64,000 nt of DNA from Rickettsiales bacterium. Its GTDB lineage: Bacteria; Pseudomonadota; Alphaproteobacteria; Rickettsiales; JABIRX01. The first letter of the stretch is position 1; the number at the start of each line of letters is the position of its first letter. The translations under genes and the position numbers were made by a program. The notes under the pieces were generated by a model. That model had not been told where the DNA came from. It saw only the letters and a list, made by a program, of their open reading frames with translations, and searched no databases. Positions 1 to 11,106 of the stretch are shown piece by piece. The stretch covers positions 11,039-75,038 of the forward strand of contig JABJNB010000018.1 of assembly GCA_018659145.1 (NCBI GenBank), given 5' to 3'.

Positions 1-317
1 TAAATAAAAAACTTGGCGCTAATTCAATTACTTTATGTCGGGTTTTAATAAATTATTTTACAAAATTACATATGGCAGCATCATATCGTAGCCAGGATAT
101 GAGTAATAGTGATGCCGTTAATAAGGTAAAGCCTCCTGTATTCTTTAAGCAAAAATCTCTAATGATTCAGCATTTGAATAAATGGAGTAATGACAAGATC
201 TTTGATTTCTTAAGCAAAATTCAACAATATGAATTAATGCTCAAGAAAAACTCCATGCTCGATTATTCCGACATCCTCTTTGCAGATTTCTTGGTCAAAT
301 ATTTAAGCCGAGTTTAG
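1..317 (+). CDS. holA: DNA polymerase III delta subunit, C-terminal fragment (5' end outside window)
   Basis: Frame of the 72..317 ORF stays open back to nt 3. C-terminal pattern VKPPVFFKQK...LNKWS...YELMLKKN resembles the HolA C-terminal domain. Confidence 0.55.
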   Translation, partial: NKKLGANSITLCRVLINYFTKLHMAASYRSQDMSNSDAVNKVKPPVFFKQKSLMIQHLNKWSNDKIFDFLSKIQQYELMLKKNSMLDYSDILFADFLVKYLSRV

Positions 318-372
318 GGCCCCAAAAAAATTCAATGATTGATCTAGATAAAGACTTGTTCCTACAAAAGAT

Positions 373-1521
373 TTATTTCAAACCCATAGCATAAGCTATA
401 GCTGATTTTTTTGCGCGCTGGCTCTTGCCAAATAATTTTAAACCAAGATTTCGTACAGAATTCATTAACTTATTATCGTTAGAAAATAATTTAACTAATG
501 CGTGAGTGGATCCAAGCATTAGTATATTATCTTTTTTACGAATCTTCTCAAAAGACTTAAGTAAAATATTTGAGCCAATATCCATACCTAGAGTTTTATG
601 TTTTAAGATTAAATGTGTTATTCGCTCAATATCGCGCATTGTTAAATTAAATCCCTGCCCGGCTATGGGATGCATACTATGTAGAGAATCACCGAGGAAG
701 AGCATCCTAGAGCGATAATACTGATTGCTATGACTAACTGAGAGGGGAAAGCTTTTTATTTCAGAAATTATCTCTATGGCGCCATAAGTATCAGATGCTA
801 TTAGATTTAATTCTGCCTCAATATCATCTATATTTGATATAGTGACATTATTTGATTTGGTGTAAACAATAGAAGATTGATTTGGGTCTTTAAGCGGTAA
901 GAATGCAATTGGACCATCGCTTAGAAATTGTTCTAAAGCAAGGTTGTCATGAGATCTTTCGTGTTTCACATTAAATACATGGGATGCTTGCTGATAATCA
1001 TGCTGCAATTCACTTATATTAAATAGTTTCTTTAAACTGGAATATTTTCCATCAGATACTAGTATAAGTTTAGCTTTAATCTCTAAGCTTTTATCTGTTG
1101 TTGCTATCACATAGTCAGATTTAGTTTTAACATCAACAACCTCCTGCTCGCTCATTAAATATTCGTTATCTAAACAATCAATTAAATGGTTTTTAATTAC
1201 AGAATTCGGGATGATGTAGCCCATTGGGGATGCTTTTATCATCTCTTTAGAAAAATATAGATCAGCTTCATTTAGATTGTTGCGAATTAGGATATTATCA
1301 ATTTTAGACACCTGGCTTTCTAATTTGTTCCAAAGGCCTAAAAATTGAAAATTCTGGGAAACCGTGTAATTTATAGCCGTGGTTCTAAGATCAGTTTTGG
1401 CTAGTTTTTGAATTTTATATTTATCTAATACGATATAATCAATGCCTAGTTTTTCTAGGTACTTTGCAGTGATTAGACCAGTAAGGCCAGCGCCTACTAT
1501 GATAACTGAGGTATTTATCAT
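373..1521 (-). CDS. FAD-dependent ubiquinone-biosynthesis hydroxylase (UbiH/UbiF/Coq6 family)
   Basis: N-terminal dinucleotide fold VIIVGAGLTG. LGDSLHSMHPIAGQGFNLTMRDI signature of the UbiH/Coq6 monooxygenases. Confidence 0.8.
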   Translation of the reverse strand: MINTSVIIVGAGLTGLITAKYLEKLGIDYIVLDKYKIQKLAKTDLRTTAINYTVSQNFQFLGLWNKLESQVSKIDNILIRNNLNEADLYFSKEMIKASPMGYIIPNSVIKNHLIDCLDNEYLMSEQEVVDVKTKSDYVIATTDKSLEIKAKLILVSDGKYSSLKKLFNISELQHDYQQASHVFNVKHERSHDNLALEQFLSDGPIAFLPLKDPNQSSIVYTKSNNVTISNIDDIEAELNLIASDTYGAIEIISEIKSFPLSVSHSNQYYRSRMLFLGDSLHSMHPIAGQGFNLTMRDIERITHLILKHKTLGMDIGSNILLKSFEKIRKKDNILMLGSTHALVKLFSNDNKLMNSVRNLGLKLFGKSQRAKKSAIAYAMGLK

Positions 1522-1580
1522 TCTTCTAGTATAAAGAGATTATATTAATAATTAGCTGAATCTATAGGGAAGTCTAGTAA

Positions 1581-1610
1581 AGAAAAAGCCGACTCATAAA
1601 TGAGTCGGCT
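1581..1610 (-). terminator. Rho-independent terminator downstream of parC
   Basis: Hairpin agccgactca-taaa-tgagtcggct (1587..1610). On the minus strand it is followed by a T-run (A-run 1583..1587 on plus). Confidence 0.65.
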
Positions 1611-1668
1611 AAATCAGAGAGAGATATGAGAGAAATCAACTTTTAGAAGAGTTTTTAACAAGAGTCAA

Positions 1669-3885
1669 TCAATAAAACTTATTTTTCTTTGGAAATTTAA
1701 AAGGGACTAAATATCCTTTACTGCCTTTTGATACTAACCATTTTCTAAGATCTTTCTCGATAAAGCTCCGAGAGTTTAATTTGAAATTTAAACCTTCGTC
1801 AAAATTAATAGTGATAATATCAGAAATTGTAGAATCTGTCTGTTTCTGAATATTGACACCCCGTCCTTTTTGCATTTGCGGAATTTGATCTAATTTGATT
1901 ACAACCATTCTGCGAAGAGTATTTACCACAACTAATGAATCATGCCCTTCTACAAACGGCTCAATTCTCATCAAGTTATTATCCTTGCAAGAGAAGATGG
2001 CTCTTCCTGTTTTTTTCATGCTAAGTAAGCTCTCTGAATCAATGATAAATCCTCTACCATTATCACTAACTAAGATATATTTCTGGTCAGCTTTATGTTC
2101 AAAGATGGTAATGACTTTCTCCCCGGGAGCTAAATCAAATAGAAAGTTTAAAGCTTCACCCTCTTTAGCTGACATATCTAGCTTGTAATTTGTCAGCGTA
2201 TAGAATTGGCCTTTGTTAGTTGCGATAATTAATTTATCGGTATTTTGAGTTTCAATAATATATTGCTCGCTATCACCACTTTTATATTTGATTTTCTTTG
2301 TATCAATACCATGGCCCTTAATAGCTTTAATCCAGAAGTTATTTGAAATAGAAATTGTGATAGCTTCTTTTTCAATTAGCTCTTCTTCGTTAATATTTAC
2401 TTCCTCATGGTTTTTAATAAGCTTGGTGCGTCTTTTTGTAATATATTTATGTCTTAAGAATTCTGCCCTAACATCCTCATTTTCTTTAATCAGCTCTTTT
2501 TGCTGAGTTGCTTTACTTGATAAGATTCCGTTTAATGTTTTAGCCTCGGATGACAAGGCTTTTTGTTCTTTTGTAATTTTGATTTCTTCTAACTTCTGTA
2601 GCGCGCGTAATTTTATTTCCAGAATGGCTTCTACTTGTACTTCTGTTAATTCAAACTTGTTGATTAGGAATTGTTTTGCCTCATCTTCAAAGCGAATAAT
2701 TCTAATCACCTCATCCAAATTTAAATAAACAATAATAAAGCCAGCTAATATCTCCAATCTTCTGTTAATTTTAGCTAAACGAAAATTAGATTTCCGAATT
2801 AATATTTCATAGCGGTGTGCTATATATTGCTCTAACACTGCTTTTAAACCGCAAACTCTAGGTACTTGATGCTTGTCTAAAACATTCATATTTAGGCTGT
2901 AATGCATTTCAAGATCAGATTCTTTAAAGAGCTGCTCCATTAATATATTAGCTTCCACATTGCGATTTCTAGGTATAATTACAATACGGATATCTTCACT
3001 AGATTCATCGGCGATTTGCCCCATGCGTATAACTTTTTTACTGCTATATAGATCAGCTAGTTTTTCAAGTAAGCGTGATTTAGATAGCTGGTATGGAATC
3101 TCGGTAATAATAATTTGGTAAGCGCCATGGGGTAATTCTTCAATTTTCCATTTGGCTCTAAGCTTAAAACTTCCCCTACCCGTCTCGTACATCTTTAGGA
3201 AATCTTCTTGTTTATAAATAATCTCGCCACCAGTTGGAAAGTCTGGCGCTGGAATAAGATTTACTAAGTCTTTATTATTAGTTTCTGGTTCTCTTAATAG
3301 TAATTCTGTAGCATCAAGCAATTCTAAAATATTATGTGGAAAGATAGATGTTGCCATACCAACTGCTATACCTTCGCTTCCATTAGCTAGCAAATTTGGA
3401 AATACTGCGGGAAGCAATGCTGGCTCACTATCAGAATCATCATAGGTTGGGTTAAAATCAACAGTGTTTTTGTCGATATCACGCAAAAGCAACATCGCAA
3501 CAAATGTTAGCTTAGCTTCGGTATATCTCATGGCAGCTGGATTATCACCATCTACTGAGCCAAAATTACCTTGGCCGTCAACAAGTGGATAACGTGAAGC
3601 AAATATTTGCGCGAGTCGCACCAGCGCGTCATAGACAGAGCTATCACCATGGGGGTGATATTTACCAATTACATCACCCACGACTCTTGCTGATTTTTTA
3701 TAACCGGAATCAGGGTCCAAATGTAATTTATACATAGCGTATAATATGCGTCTATGCACAGGTTTCAAACCATCTCTTACATCTGGCAATGATCTTGAGG
3801 TAATTGTTGATAAAGCATAGGCTAGATAACGTTCTGATATGGCTGTGCCAAAGTCGATATCAATTGTGTTTAGTAATTTTCCCAT
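1669..3885 (-). CDS. parC: DNA topoisomerase IV subunit A
   Basis: 738 aa. N-terminus [34 protein letters not shown] and catalytic-Tyr region [10 protein letters not shown] are typical of GyrA/ParC. The size fits ParC. Confidence 0.85.
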   Translation of the reverse strand: MGKLLNTIDIDFGTAISERYLAYALSTITSRSLPDVRDGLKPVHRRILYAMYKLHLDPDSGYKKSARVVGDVIGKYHPHGDSSVYDALVRLAQIFASRYPLVDGQGNFGSVDGDNPAAMRYTEAKLTFVAMLLLRDIDKNTVDFNPTYDDSDSEPALLPAVFPNLLANGSEGIAVGMATSIFPHNILELLDATELLLREPETNNKDLVNLIPAPDFPTGGEIIYKQEDFLKMYETGRGSFKLRAKWKIEELPHGAYQIIITEIPYQLSKSRLLEKLADLYSSKKVIRMGQIADESSEDIRIVIIPRNRNVEANILMEQLFKESDLEMHYSLNMNVLDKHQVPRVCGLKAVLEQYIAHRYEILIRKSNFRLAKINRRLEILAGFIIVYLNLDEVIRIIRFEDEAKQFLINKFELTEVQVEAILEIKLRALQKLEEIKITKEQKALSSEAKTLNGILSSKATQQKELIKENEDVRAEFLRHKYITKRRTKLIKNHEEVNINEEELIEKEAITISISNNFWIKAIKGHGIDTKKIKYKSGDSEQYIIETQNTDKLIIATNKGQFYTLTNYKLDMSAKEGEALNFLFDLAPGEKVITIFEHKADQKYILVSDNGRGFIIDSESLLSMKKTGRAIFSCKDNNLMRIEPFVEGHDSLVVVNTLRRMVVIKLDQIPQMQKGRGVNIQKQTDSTISDIITINFDEGLNFKLNSRSFIEKDLRKWLVSKGSKGYLVPFKFPKKNKFY

Positions 3886-3888
3886 TCT

Positions 3889-4623
3889 TTATTTATTGAT
3901 ATTGTTGATTAATACTTGCCGCATATAAGTTATCTCTTTGCCGTATTGTTTAAAATAATATTTATTTAAGAAATGTTCTGAGATCGAAGCAGTTTCATGC
4001 AAGCTATCCATATCAGGGTTATCCGAAAAATCCAAAAGGAATTTTGGTAATTTAAATATTTTATTACTATATTCCGTGCCATGCATCCTGCAAACCGCTC
4101 TCCCGGTCTTGGGCGAGATAAATATTAAGTCATTCGATTCACTACAAACAGCGCATTTGCTTAGATCTAGCCCATAGCCCATTTCTTTTAACAACATAAG
4201 CTCAAATATAAAATATTGCTTGTATAAATCAGTGGTAGTTTGATTGGGCTTTAGCATTGAATCAAGCAAATCAGTAAAGTTATCAAAGGCAATATCTAGC
4301 TGAATGTTTTCTGGAAATAATTTGCAAATAAGCTCAGAAGCCACCAACAGCATTAGCAGTTTGCTTTTGTTGCTTAGAAACTCAAAAAAATGGTTGCTCA
4401 TAACCTCGGTATCGCATCTAACCAAGCCGCTATCAAAGCGAGAATTTGCTCTAATACTAAATTTATTACCAATCTCATAAACATTATGATTTTTCTTAGC
4501 AAAAGCACCTTTGATAATACCTTTGAGGATTCCATGTTCTTTAGTTAAAAAACTAACTATGATAGAGGATTCTGAAAATTTCATCTTTGCCAGTAAAAAT
4601 GCTTCATCTTCTATTTTTATCAT
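3889..4623 (-). CDS. recO: DNA repair protein RecO
   Basis: 244 aa. RecO-like N-terminus (EAFLLAKMKFSESSIIVSFLTKEHGILKG) and Cys-rich zinc motif CAVC...CRMHG. 3-nt gap to parC. Confidence 0.8.
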   Translation of the reverse strand: MIKIEDEAFLLAKMKFSESSIIVSFLTKEHGILKGIIKGAFAKKNHNVYEIGNKFSIRANSRFDSGLVRCDTEVMSNHFFEFLSNKSKLLMLLVASELICKLFPENIQLDIAFDNFTDLLDSMLKPNQTTTDLYKQYFIFELMLLKEMGYGLDLSKCAVCSESNDLIFISPKTGRAVCRMHGTEYSNKIFKLPKFLLDFSDNPDMDSLHETASISEHFLNKYYFKQYGKEITYMRQVLINNINK

Positions 4624-4664
4624 TTATAAGTGGGATCCGATGTTAATTTGATTACAGATATAAA

Positions 4665-4841
4665 ATGGCAGAAATAGATAACAAGAGCAAAAATTCAAAA
4701 GCTGAGAATATAGTATCTAAAAATAACCCTACCTCCAAAACTCCAGCAACCAATAGTCCTAAAGAAATCGGCGGCCCAAAAGGCGCAGAGCCAACTCGTT
4801 ACGGAGATTGGGAAAAGAACGGTCGATGCACCGATTTTTAA
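4665..4841 (+). CDS. DUF1674 / SDHAF4-like small protein (58 aa, absent from the ORF track)
   Basis: ATG 4665 to TAA 4839..4841. C-terminus EIGGPKGAEPTRYGDWEKNGRCTDF is the DUF1674 signature typical of alphaproteobacteria and mitochondria. Confidence 0.75.
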   Translation: MAEIDNKSKNSKAENIVSKNNPTSKTPATNSPKEIGGPKGAEPTRYGDWEKNGRCTDF

Positions 4842-4874
4842 TCAGATTTAATTTGATGGGAGCAATTACCTAAA

Positions 4875-5606
4875 TCAAAGCTGATATTCCGGAGAATGGG
4901 TTTGTAACCATTTAGCAGCTAAACGATATTGGGGCATTTTTTTTAAGACCAATGCCCAAAACTCATCCGAATGATTGCGATGTTTTAGATGGCATATCTC
5001 GTGAAGAACTACATACTCTAAGACGGATTTTGGCGCTGCTATCAAGTGCCAGTTTATTTTAATTACTCCACCCTTAGTACAACTGCCCCACATATGGCTC
5101 AGCGCCTCTATTTTTACATCCTGATATTTTAGCCCTAGCATATTGCTATAATATTTAGCCATAAACCTCACATCTACCTTAACCCTATCTTTTAGCCAGA
5201 ATTTTAATGCCATCCCAGCAACGGATTCAACTTTATTTTCATCTATATGCATGGGTATATAAATAGAAAAACCATTTTGATAACTAACCGTAACAGAATC
5301 ACATTTCTCGCGTTTAATGCTTATGCGCATATTACGGCCACGGTAAGCTATTTTCGCACCTGATTGGAGTTTGGTATAATCATTATTCTCAAACCTACTT
5401 AACCAATCACTCATAGCTTCACGCTTGTCATAAACCCAGCGCCGTTTTTTATAGATGAAATCATGAACTTCTGCATCATCATTTATTGCAGGCACAATCA
5501 CCTCAACATCATTGGGCGTAACAATAATGCGCTTTCTAATGGCTAAATCACTATGAGTTATGCGGTATGGTATGTCGGTTTTACCAATGGATAATATTGG
5601 CATCAA
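4875..5606 (-). CDS. DUF45/YgjP-type (M48-like) zinc metallopeptidase
   Basis: C-terminal HExxH motif (LHEICHLKHRNHSDEFW). 4-nt overlap with the hsdR stop. Confidence 0.8.
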   Translation of the reverse strand: MMPILSIGKTDIPYRITHSDLAIRKRIIVTPNDVEVIVPAINDDAEVHDFIYKKRRWVYDKREAMSDWLSRFENNDYTKLQSGAKIAYRGRNMRISIKREKCDSVTVSYQNGFSIYIPMHIDENKVESVAGMALKFWLKDRVKVDVRFMAKYYSNMLGLKYQDVKIEALSHMWGSCTKGGVIKINWHLIAAPKSVLEYVVLHEICHLKHRNHSDEFWALVLKKMPQYRLAAKWLQTHSPEYQL

Positions 5607-8600
5607 GCAATCTTAATATAATGCTTCATTGCATATTCCTCTACTGGTGGTGGTAGCTCTTTAAAATTAGCCAAACCAACCTCATGAGCTTTAAGGCGTA
5701 CTTGCTGCCTGAGCTCCTTTTTTAATTGTTCACGTAAATGCCAACCATTCGGAGCTGTTTGATCTGAGATATATAACAAATTGATCTCAGCAGCAAGATG
5801 TGTTGCCACCTCTATGTTAGAACTACCATCTACGACCTCAATTACCCTACGCAAACCATAAGCTCGCTTATCCAAACCAGAAGTTTTATAACTAGACTCT
5901 TCCTTATCCAGATCTCTCGTCAAATTCTCACATTCTTTTAACGCATCTAAGGCGGAGATTTGCCCTTCTAAAAAACGCTTTAATATTTCCATTACCCGCT
6001 CAGAAAATGGTCCATAGCGAAGTGGATTATCAGCTATTTTTTCTTTTAGAATTTTTTTAAGCTCCGTACCTTTCCGAATAGCAGCCGTGCGAATTTGATC
6101 TTCTGTTTTTTTCTCAATATTAAAATCATCCAAAAACTCTGGATCTGTTAAATGACGTATTTTGCAAAGGGTAGAAATCCCGTTCACATCAAGATGTTCT
6201 TGCAGCATCTGACGTATCTTAGCGCTATAATCACCAAGCTCGAGCGATTCCTTTTGTTCAAAAACTTGCGTTCCCCAATGAATAAACCCTGCCACCCAGC
6301 GTAATATTGCGGTATATTCGAGCACAGATGGATCAGGTGTTAATGCTTCATATGCACGAATAAATAGCTTTGCCTTACGACGAAAACTATACCACACATC
6401 CTCCGAACCTAAGCCTTGAACTAACGCGTCATACTCTTGCTTTAACTCTAACTTACTTACATTACCCTCGCGCCTAATCCCTTTTAAATATGGCTTCAGC
6501 TCAGCATATGCAGCTTTTAACTCAGCGCGATCTACCTCTATATCTTTTAAAGCATTACCAACATCTTCCTTACGATAAGTCTGCAAAGCTTCATCAAGCT
6601 TATTGGTAACACCGATATAATCAACAATCAGACCAAATTGCTTATTACTATTATACACCCTGTTTGTCCTCGCTATAGCTTGAAGCAGACTATGTTCCTT
6701 GAGTGGATTATCCAAATACATCACAGCTTCAATAGGTGCGTCAAAGCCAGTCAAAAGTTTGTTACAGACTATTAAGAAAGACAATGGATGATCTTTCTTG
6801 GTAAAATTATCAATGAGAGTTATCTCCCCCTTTTTATCACGAACATGTTTTTTCAGCTCCGCTCGAAGTGTCGATTTATGATCATCCTCACTTGCATGAC
6901 CATCCGTTTGATTAGTCGAATAAACACATGCACTCATGCTCTTAGCTTTGTCCATGGCATCTTTCTCGCTTAGGCCCTCAGCAATATAATATTCAGTAAT
7001 AACCTTATCCAAAGCTTGTTTATATAACACCACAGCCTCTCTATCAATTGCGACTATTTGTGCTTTAAAACCATCAGGCTGAATATGATTTTTAAAATGT
7101 GTCCAGATATCAAAAGCTATAAGATCAATCCGTTTTTGGTGCTTTGCTAGCTCGGCAATAGTAACGCCACGCTTCTTTAATTGCTCAAGTTTTTCATCAG
7201 ATTCATTCGCAAACCATTGGTCAAAAACTACATCTAATTTCTTTGGATCAATTTGCCATTCCGTTTTGCGGCTCGTATAGCGAATAGGAATTGTTGCCCC
7301 ATCAGCAACCGCGTCATCAATGCCATATTTATCTAAATACCCTTCATCCCCTTCACTAAAATTAGCATATGTATCATGATCTTTTTTCTGTATAGGAGTT
7401 CCTGTAAAGCCAAAAAATTTAGCATCAGGTAAAGTAGCGCGCAAATATGCACCCAAATCTTTTTCTTGCGTGCGATGACATTCATCCACCAATACAACCC
7501 ATTTATCACTACTTGGAATCGGGATCTTCGATCCTTCGAACTTTTGTATTGTAGAGAGCAAAACCAAGCCTTGAGTATTCTGATTTAATTTTTCTTGTAA
7601 TGTCTTTAGTGACTTTACCTGAGTTGGATTAGGAAGACCACATGCGAGAAAAGTTTTAGAAATCTGATTATCCAAATCAACCCTATCAGTTAAGATAAGA
7701 ATGTTGGGGTTATGTTTTATATCATCAGTTAAATGTGTTCTGAGTTTTACAGCCGCATTGACCATGGTTAGTGACTTTCCAGAACCTTGCGTATGCCAAA
7801 TTAAACCACGCTTGCCTTGCTCAAGATATACCCGGTTAAAGATTTTATTTACCGCGCGAAATTGCTGATAACGACAAATTTTCTTTACTGCCCTGCCTTC
7901 ATCCGTTTCAAACACCACAAAATGCGCAAGCAAATCAAGCAAACGTGACGGCTCACATAAGCTATACATCCCCCTTGATAAATCATTACCGAAATCATCT
8001 TTAGCTTTAGGCCAAGGATCTTTCCACTCACCCCAATATTGCGAAGGTGAACTAGTAGCGCCATATAAAACTTTAATGCCGTCAGTTATAATATTGAATA
8101 AATTAGAATAAAATAAACGCGCTATATCCTGCTCATATTGTTTGATCTGATCAAAAGCTTCGCCAGTTTTATCTTTATAAGAAAGTGGGCTTTTGGCCTC
8201 AATCACCACAAGCGGAATACCATTGACATAGAGCACCATATCCGGAATACGGCTTTGCTGCGCTTGCACATAAAGCTGATTGGTTACGGTAAAATTATTA
8301 TTTTCAACATTCTTGAAATCAATAAGATGAATGGTTTTTTTATCACGCTGCCCTGAGATCGTGCGGCTATAATTACCAAGCAAGTTTTTAGTAAATTCCT
8401 TATTATCATTAATATGCAGCAAATCATGATATACCGCCCGCGCTACATCTTCATCCACTTCATTAATGCGCGCAATAGCAGCAATAGCTTCATCACGCAA
8501 AATAACCTGATTCAAACCATCCCGCGCAAGCTCATTATCTTTAGGCTTTAACCATTTCCAACCAAGGGAGATAAGTTCATCTATGCATGGTTTTTCTGCT

Positions 8601-8617
8601 AGTAAATATTCACTCAT
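5603..8617 (-). CDS. hsdR: Type I restriction enzyme, R subunit
   Basis: 1004 aa. Walker A HTQGSGKSLT, DEAD/DECH box VVLVDECHRTQ, SF2 helicase layout and typical HsdR size. Confidence 0.9.
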   Translation of the reverse strand: MSEYLLAEKPCIDELISLGWKWLKPKDNELARDGLNQVILRDEAIAAIARINEVDEDVARAVYHDLLHINDNKEFTKNLLGNYSRTISGQRDKKTIHLIDFKNVENNNFTVTNQLYVQAQQSRIPDMVLYVNGIPLVVIEAKSPLSYKDKTGEAFDQIKQYEQDIARLFYSNLFNIITDGIKVLYGATSSPSQYWGEWKDPWPKAKDDFGNDLSRGMYSLCEPSRLLDLLAHFVVFETDEGRAVKKICRYQQFRAVNKIFNRVYLEQGKRGLIWHTQGSGKSLTMVNAAVKLRTHLTDDIKHNPNILILTDRVDLDNQISKTFLACGLPNPTQVKSLKTLQEKLNQNTQGLVLLSTIQKFEGSKIPIPSSDKWVVLVDECHRTQEKDLGAYLRATLPDAKFFGFTGTPIQKKDHDTYANFSEGDEGYLDKYGIDDAVADGATIPIRYTSRKTEWQIDPKKLDVVFDQWFANESDEKLEQLKKRGVTIAELAKHQKRIDLIAFDIWTHFKNHIQPDGFKAQIVAIDREAVVLYKQALDKVITEYYIAEGLSEKDAMDKAKSMSACVYSTNQTDGHASEDDHKSTLRAELKKHVRDKKGEITLIDNFTKKDHPLSFLIVCNKLLTGFDAPIEAVMYLDNPLKEHSLLQAIARTNRVYNSNKQFGLIVDYIGVTNKLDEALQTYRKEDVGNALKDIEVDRAELKAAYAELKPYLKGIRREGNVSKLELKQEYDALVQGLGSEDVWYSFRRKAKLFIRAYEALTPDPSVLEYTAILRWVAGFIHWGTQVFEQKESLELGDYSAKIRQMLQEHLDVNGISTLCKIRHLTDPEFLDDFNIEKKTEDQIRTAAIRKGTELKKILKEKIADNPLRYGPFSERVMEILKRFLEGQISALDALKECENLTRDLDKEESSYKTSGLDKRAYGLRRVIEVVDGSSNIEVATHLAAEINLLYISDQTAPNGWHLREQLKKELRQQVRLKAHEVGLANFKELPPPVEEYAMKHYIKIA

Positions 8618-9750
8618 TATATCCTCACTAATTTTAGGAGTGGTTCAAACGCATAAAGGGCTGGCCTTCTGCCAGATGCTTCTTCAAGAGTTATAATTAG
8701 ATTTTCTTCCAAAAGTATCCGCGCAAATCTTGCTGCCGTGGATTCAGGAATGCCACTTAATTTTGTAAAATTATTATTTCTAAAATAAGGATAAGTAAAA
8801 ATAAAATCTAAAGCTCTAAGATGCCATTTTGTTCCAAGTTTATCTTCAAAAATAAGTTTCATATTTTCATATAGTTCATGAATATCCTCCACAATTTTAA
8901 GATTGCTTATAGCTTGTTTTTCCATCGCTTCTAAGAAAAAAACACACCAATTTGTCCATTCTCCTTTTTCTGATACCGCCTTCATTGTATCGATATATAA
9001 ATCTTTATGCTCTTCAAAATAACCACTGATATAAAAATGAGGTGCAGATATTACGCCCGCATTCCATAGCATCAAAGTAATAATCATACGTCCCACACGA
9101 CCATTACCATCTTTAAAGGGATGCAGGGCTTCAAATTCAACATGAGCTAGAGCGGTTTTAATTAAATTTTGCTCATCATTTTCTGCTATAAAACGGAGTA
9201 AATCTCTCATTCCATCATTTAACTTTTCTGGAGATATTGGCGTAAACAGAATATTCCTTTTGGATCTGTCAACAATGTAGTTTTGCTCTATTTTAAACTG
9301 CCCTGGTGATTTATCTGCGCCGCGTCCTATAGATAATAATTGCGCATGCATTGAGCGAATTAAAAATTCTGATATTTTATAGCCGCTTTCTATTTCTCCC
9401 TGCGCGGTTTTTAAAGCTCTTTGATACATAATCGTTTCACGCACCTCTGTGCGCATATCGTTATTATCAGTATCATTAATATTATCTGCCTCATATCTTA
9501 AAATTTCATCCATCGTACTCACCGTCCCTTCCATACGAGAAGATATTACAGCTTCCTGATTACGCAATGGAGCCAGCAAAAACTCACTATTATGCATATT
9601 TTTTAACATTTGATCAAAACGAGCAATAGCATCAGAAGCCTTGCTGAGAGGCTTGACGATTTTACTATAATCTAAATCTTTGGGTGGGAATTGATCATAA
9701 TGATATGACACGGCTTTATCAAAATTTAGCTCTGAAACTGAATTTGCCAT
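8617..9750 (-). CDS. fic: Fic family protein (Fic_N + Fic core + C-terminal winged HTH), class II auto-inhibited
   Basis: Canonical HPFKDGNGRVGR (aa 210-221, nt 9088..9123). Inhibitory [ST]xxxE[GN] motif SSRMEG (aa 70-75). HTH-like C-terminus. 1-nt overlap with hsdR. Confidence 0.9.
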   Translation of the reverse strand: MANSVSELNFDKAVSYHYDQFPPKDLDYSKIVKPLSKASDAIARFDQMLKNMHNSEFLLAPLRNQEAVISSRMEGTVSTMDEILRYEADNINDTDNNDMRTEVRETIMYQRALKTAQGEIESGYKISEFLIRSMHAQLLSIGRGADKSPGQFKIEQNYIVDRSKRNILFTPISPEKLNDGMRDLLRFIAENDEQNLIKTALAHVEFEALHPFKDGNGRVGRMIITLMLWNAGVISAPHFYISGYFEEHKDLYIDTMKAVSEKGEWTNWCVFFLEAMEKQAISNLKIVEDIHELYENMKLIFEDKLGTKWHLRALDFIFTYPYFRNNNFTKLSGIPESTAARFARILLEENLIITLEEASGRRPALYAFEPLLKLVRI

Positions 9751-9796
9751 TTTGCTCCTTTAAAGTTTATTTGTTTATCAAAAAAAGTCATATATG

Positions 9797-9900
9797 AGAG
9801 ACAAGCTATTTTGACTCTCTAAGTTAAACATCAAACAAGTTTGTCTGTCAAGTTTTGCCTTTTTTGAACAACAAACTATTTTGAGACTCAAAATTGAGCG
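9797..9900 (-). promoter_or_regulatory. Repeat-containing hsdS-fic intergenic region (candidate promoter/operator of fic-hsdR)
   Basis: acaagctattttgactc (9801..9817) and acaaactattttgagactc (9871..9889), plus a weaker third copy (9835..9856). TTGACA on the minus strand at 9851..9846. Confidence 0.35.
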
Positions 9901-9930
9901 ACAAAACCCTAGTAATCTACCTCCGTATTA

Positions 9931-11106
9931 TTATGAAACCCTCACCCGAACCTTCCCCGTAAGCAAATCATTCATCAGGCCTTTTTTTAGGGTTTGGAGG
10001 GTGGTTAGTTTTTTGGTTTCGGTGGTTATTTGGTTATCGGCGGATTCTAGTATGGAGGCTATGGCTTTTTGTTCTGGGAGGGGTGGGATAATTATAGGAA
10101 CTTTTCTTAGGCCATTTAGCGGTATTTCTTTAAGAGCACTACCGTTCACACGCTTTAATAAGTCCTCTCTCACTACTGGAGACCTTAATGCCCAGAGTAA
10201 AAAAGATGGATGCAAAAGTTCGTCTTTAGGAGATATGAGTGCCAATCCCCTTGTTAAGTTAGCGCCTATCAAGTTCTCTTTAGCAAGAATAACATGTCCA
10301 ATCTCTCCACGAAGAGCCATCATTATATCATTTTCTTTCAGCATAGTACGTTTATAACCATTACTGATTTCTTCAGATGTTCTAATCATGCTTGCAGTGT
10401 TTAATTGCTCTTTTACAATATCCACTACTCTTACACACAGAATTCCATCAGGTATATTATCTCCTGTTTGAACAATTCCATAAGAAATGCTTTTATTCAC
10501 CACCTCTGCAAGCGGCTTAACCTCCCACCCCTCAGGAATCTTGCCAAGTGGGGAGGGTTTGAATTTGGTGTGGGCGATGCCGCGGGTTAGTAGGGTTTGG
10601 AGTAGGCCTTGTTTTACTTTTTTGGTCTGGGCTATGACAGCTTTGCTAGCCTCAATCGCCAAATCCACCCCACCCAAAACCTCCGCAATCCGCTTTTGCT
10701 CTGGAAGTGGTGGTCGTAAATAACTTAACTCTTTGAGTTGTTTAAAATGCCTTGAATATCCTTCGTTTCTTAAAGGGGAATTCAAAAGTAGATAATAGAG
10801 AAATATAGCAGAATTATCACTAGAGTTTTTTATAATTTTTATACCATCAGCACCTTGCGCAAATGGAAAGTCTACAAATTTAAAAACTCTAGTATGATCT
10901 CCAAAAACTACTACTGGCAAATCATTCCTATATATTGCATCTTCATCATCTGTATAACCCGCAATGAAAGCATCACCTTGGTCTATAATAGGAAACTTCC
11001 CATTATTTCTATACTCTAAAGACTTTAGCTTTTTATTAGGCAACGTTACTTTACCTGTAATACTCGCAATATCTACAACTCTCCACCCTTCAGGAATCAT
11101 AACCAA
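9931..11106 (-). CDS. hsdS: Type I R-M specificity subunit
   Basis: Two variable target-recognition halves, each followed by a conserved spacer: PPLPEQKRIAEVLGGVD... and PPLPEQKAIASILESAD...LLTGKVRV. Confidence 0.9.
   Translation of the reverse strand: MVMIPEGWRVVDIASITGKVTLPNKKLKSLEYRNNGKFPIIDQGDAFIAGYTDDEDAIYRNDLPVVVFGDHTRVFKFVDFPFAQGADGIKIIKNSSDNSAIFLYYLLLNSPLRNEGYSRHFKQLKELSYLRPPLPEQKRIAEVLGGVDLAIEASKAVIAQTKKVKQGLLQTLLTRGIAHTKFKPSPLGKIPEGWEVKPLAEVVNKSISYGIVQTGDNIPDGILCVRVVDIVKEQLNTASMIRTSEEISNGYKRTMLKENDIMMALRGEIGHVILAKENLIGANLTRGLALISPKDELLHPSFLLWALRSPVVREDLLKRVNGSALKEIPLNGLRKVPIIIPPLPEQKAIASILESADNQITTETKKLTTLQTLKKGLMNDLLTGKVRVRVS

Noticed and set aside
9881-10723. Plus-strand ORFs 9881..10357, 10405..10590 and 10487..10723
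   Set aside because: Antisense shadows of hsdS, whose motifs are unambiguous. The same judgement applies to 506..718, 1895..2506, 6788..6973, 8138..8356, 11235..11477, 11803..11994, 15157..15495, 17810..18226, 19416..19910, 37542..37946, 53048..53431 and 58119..58583.
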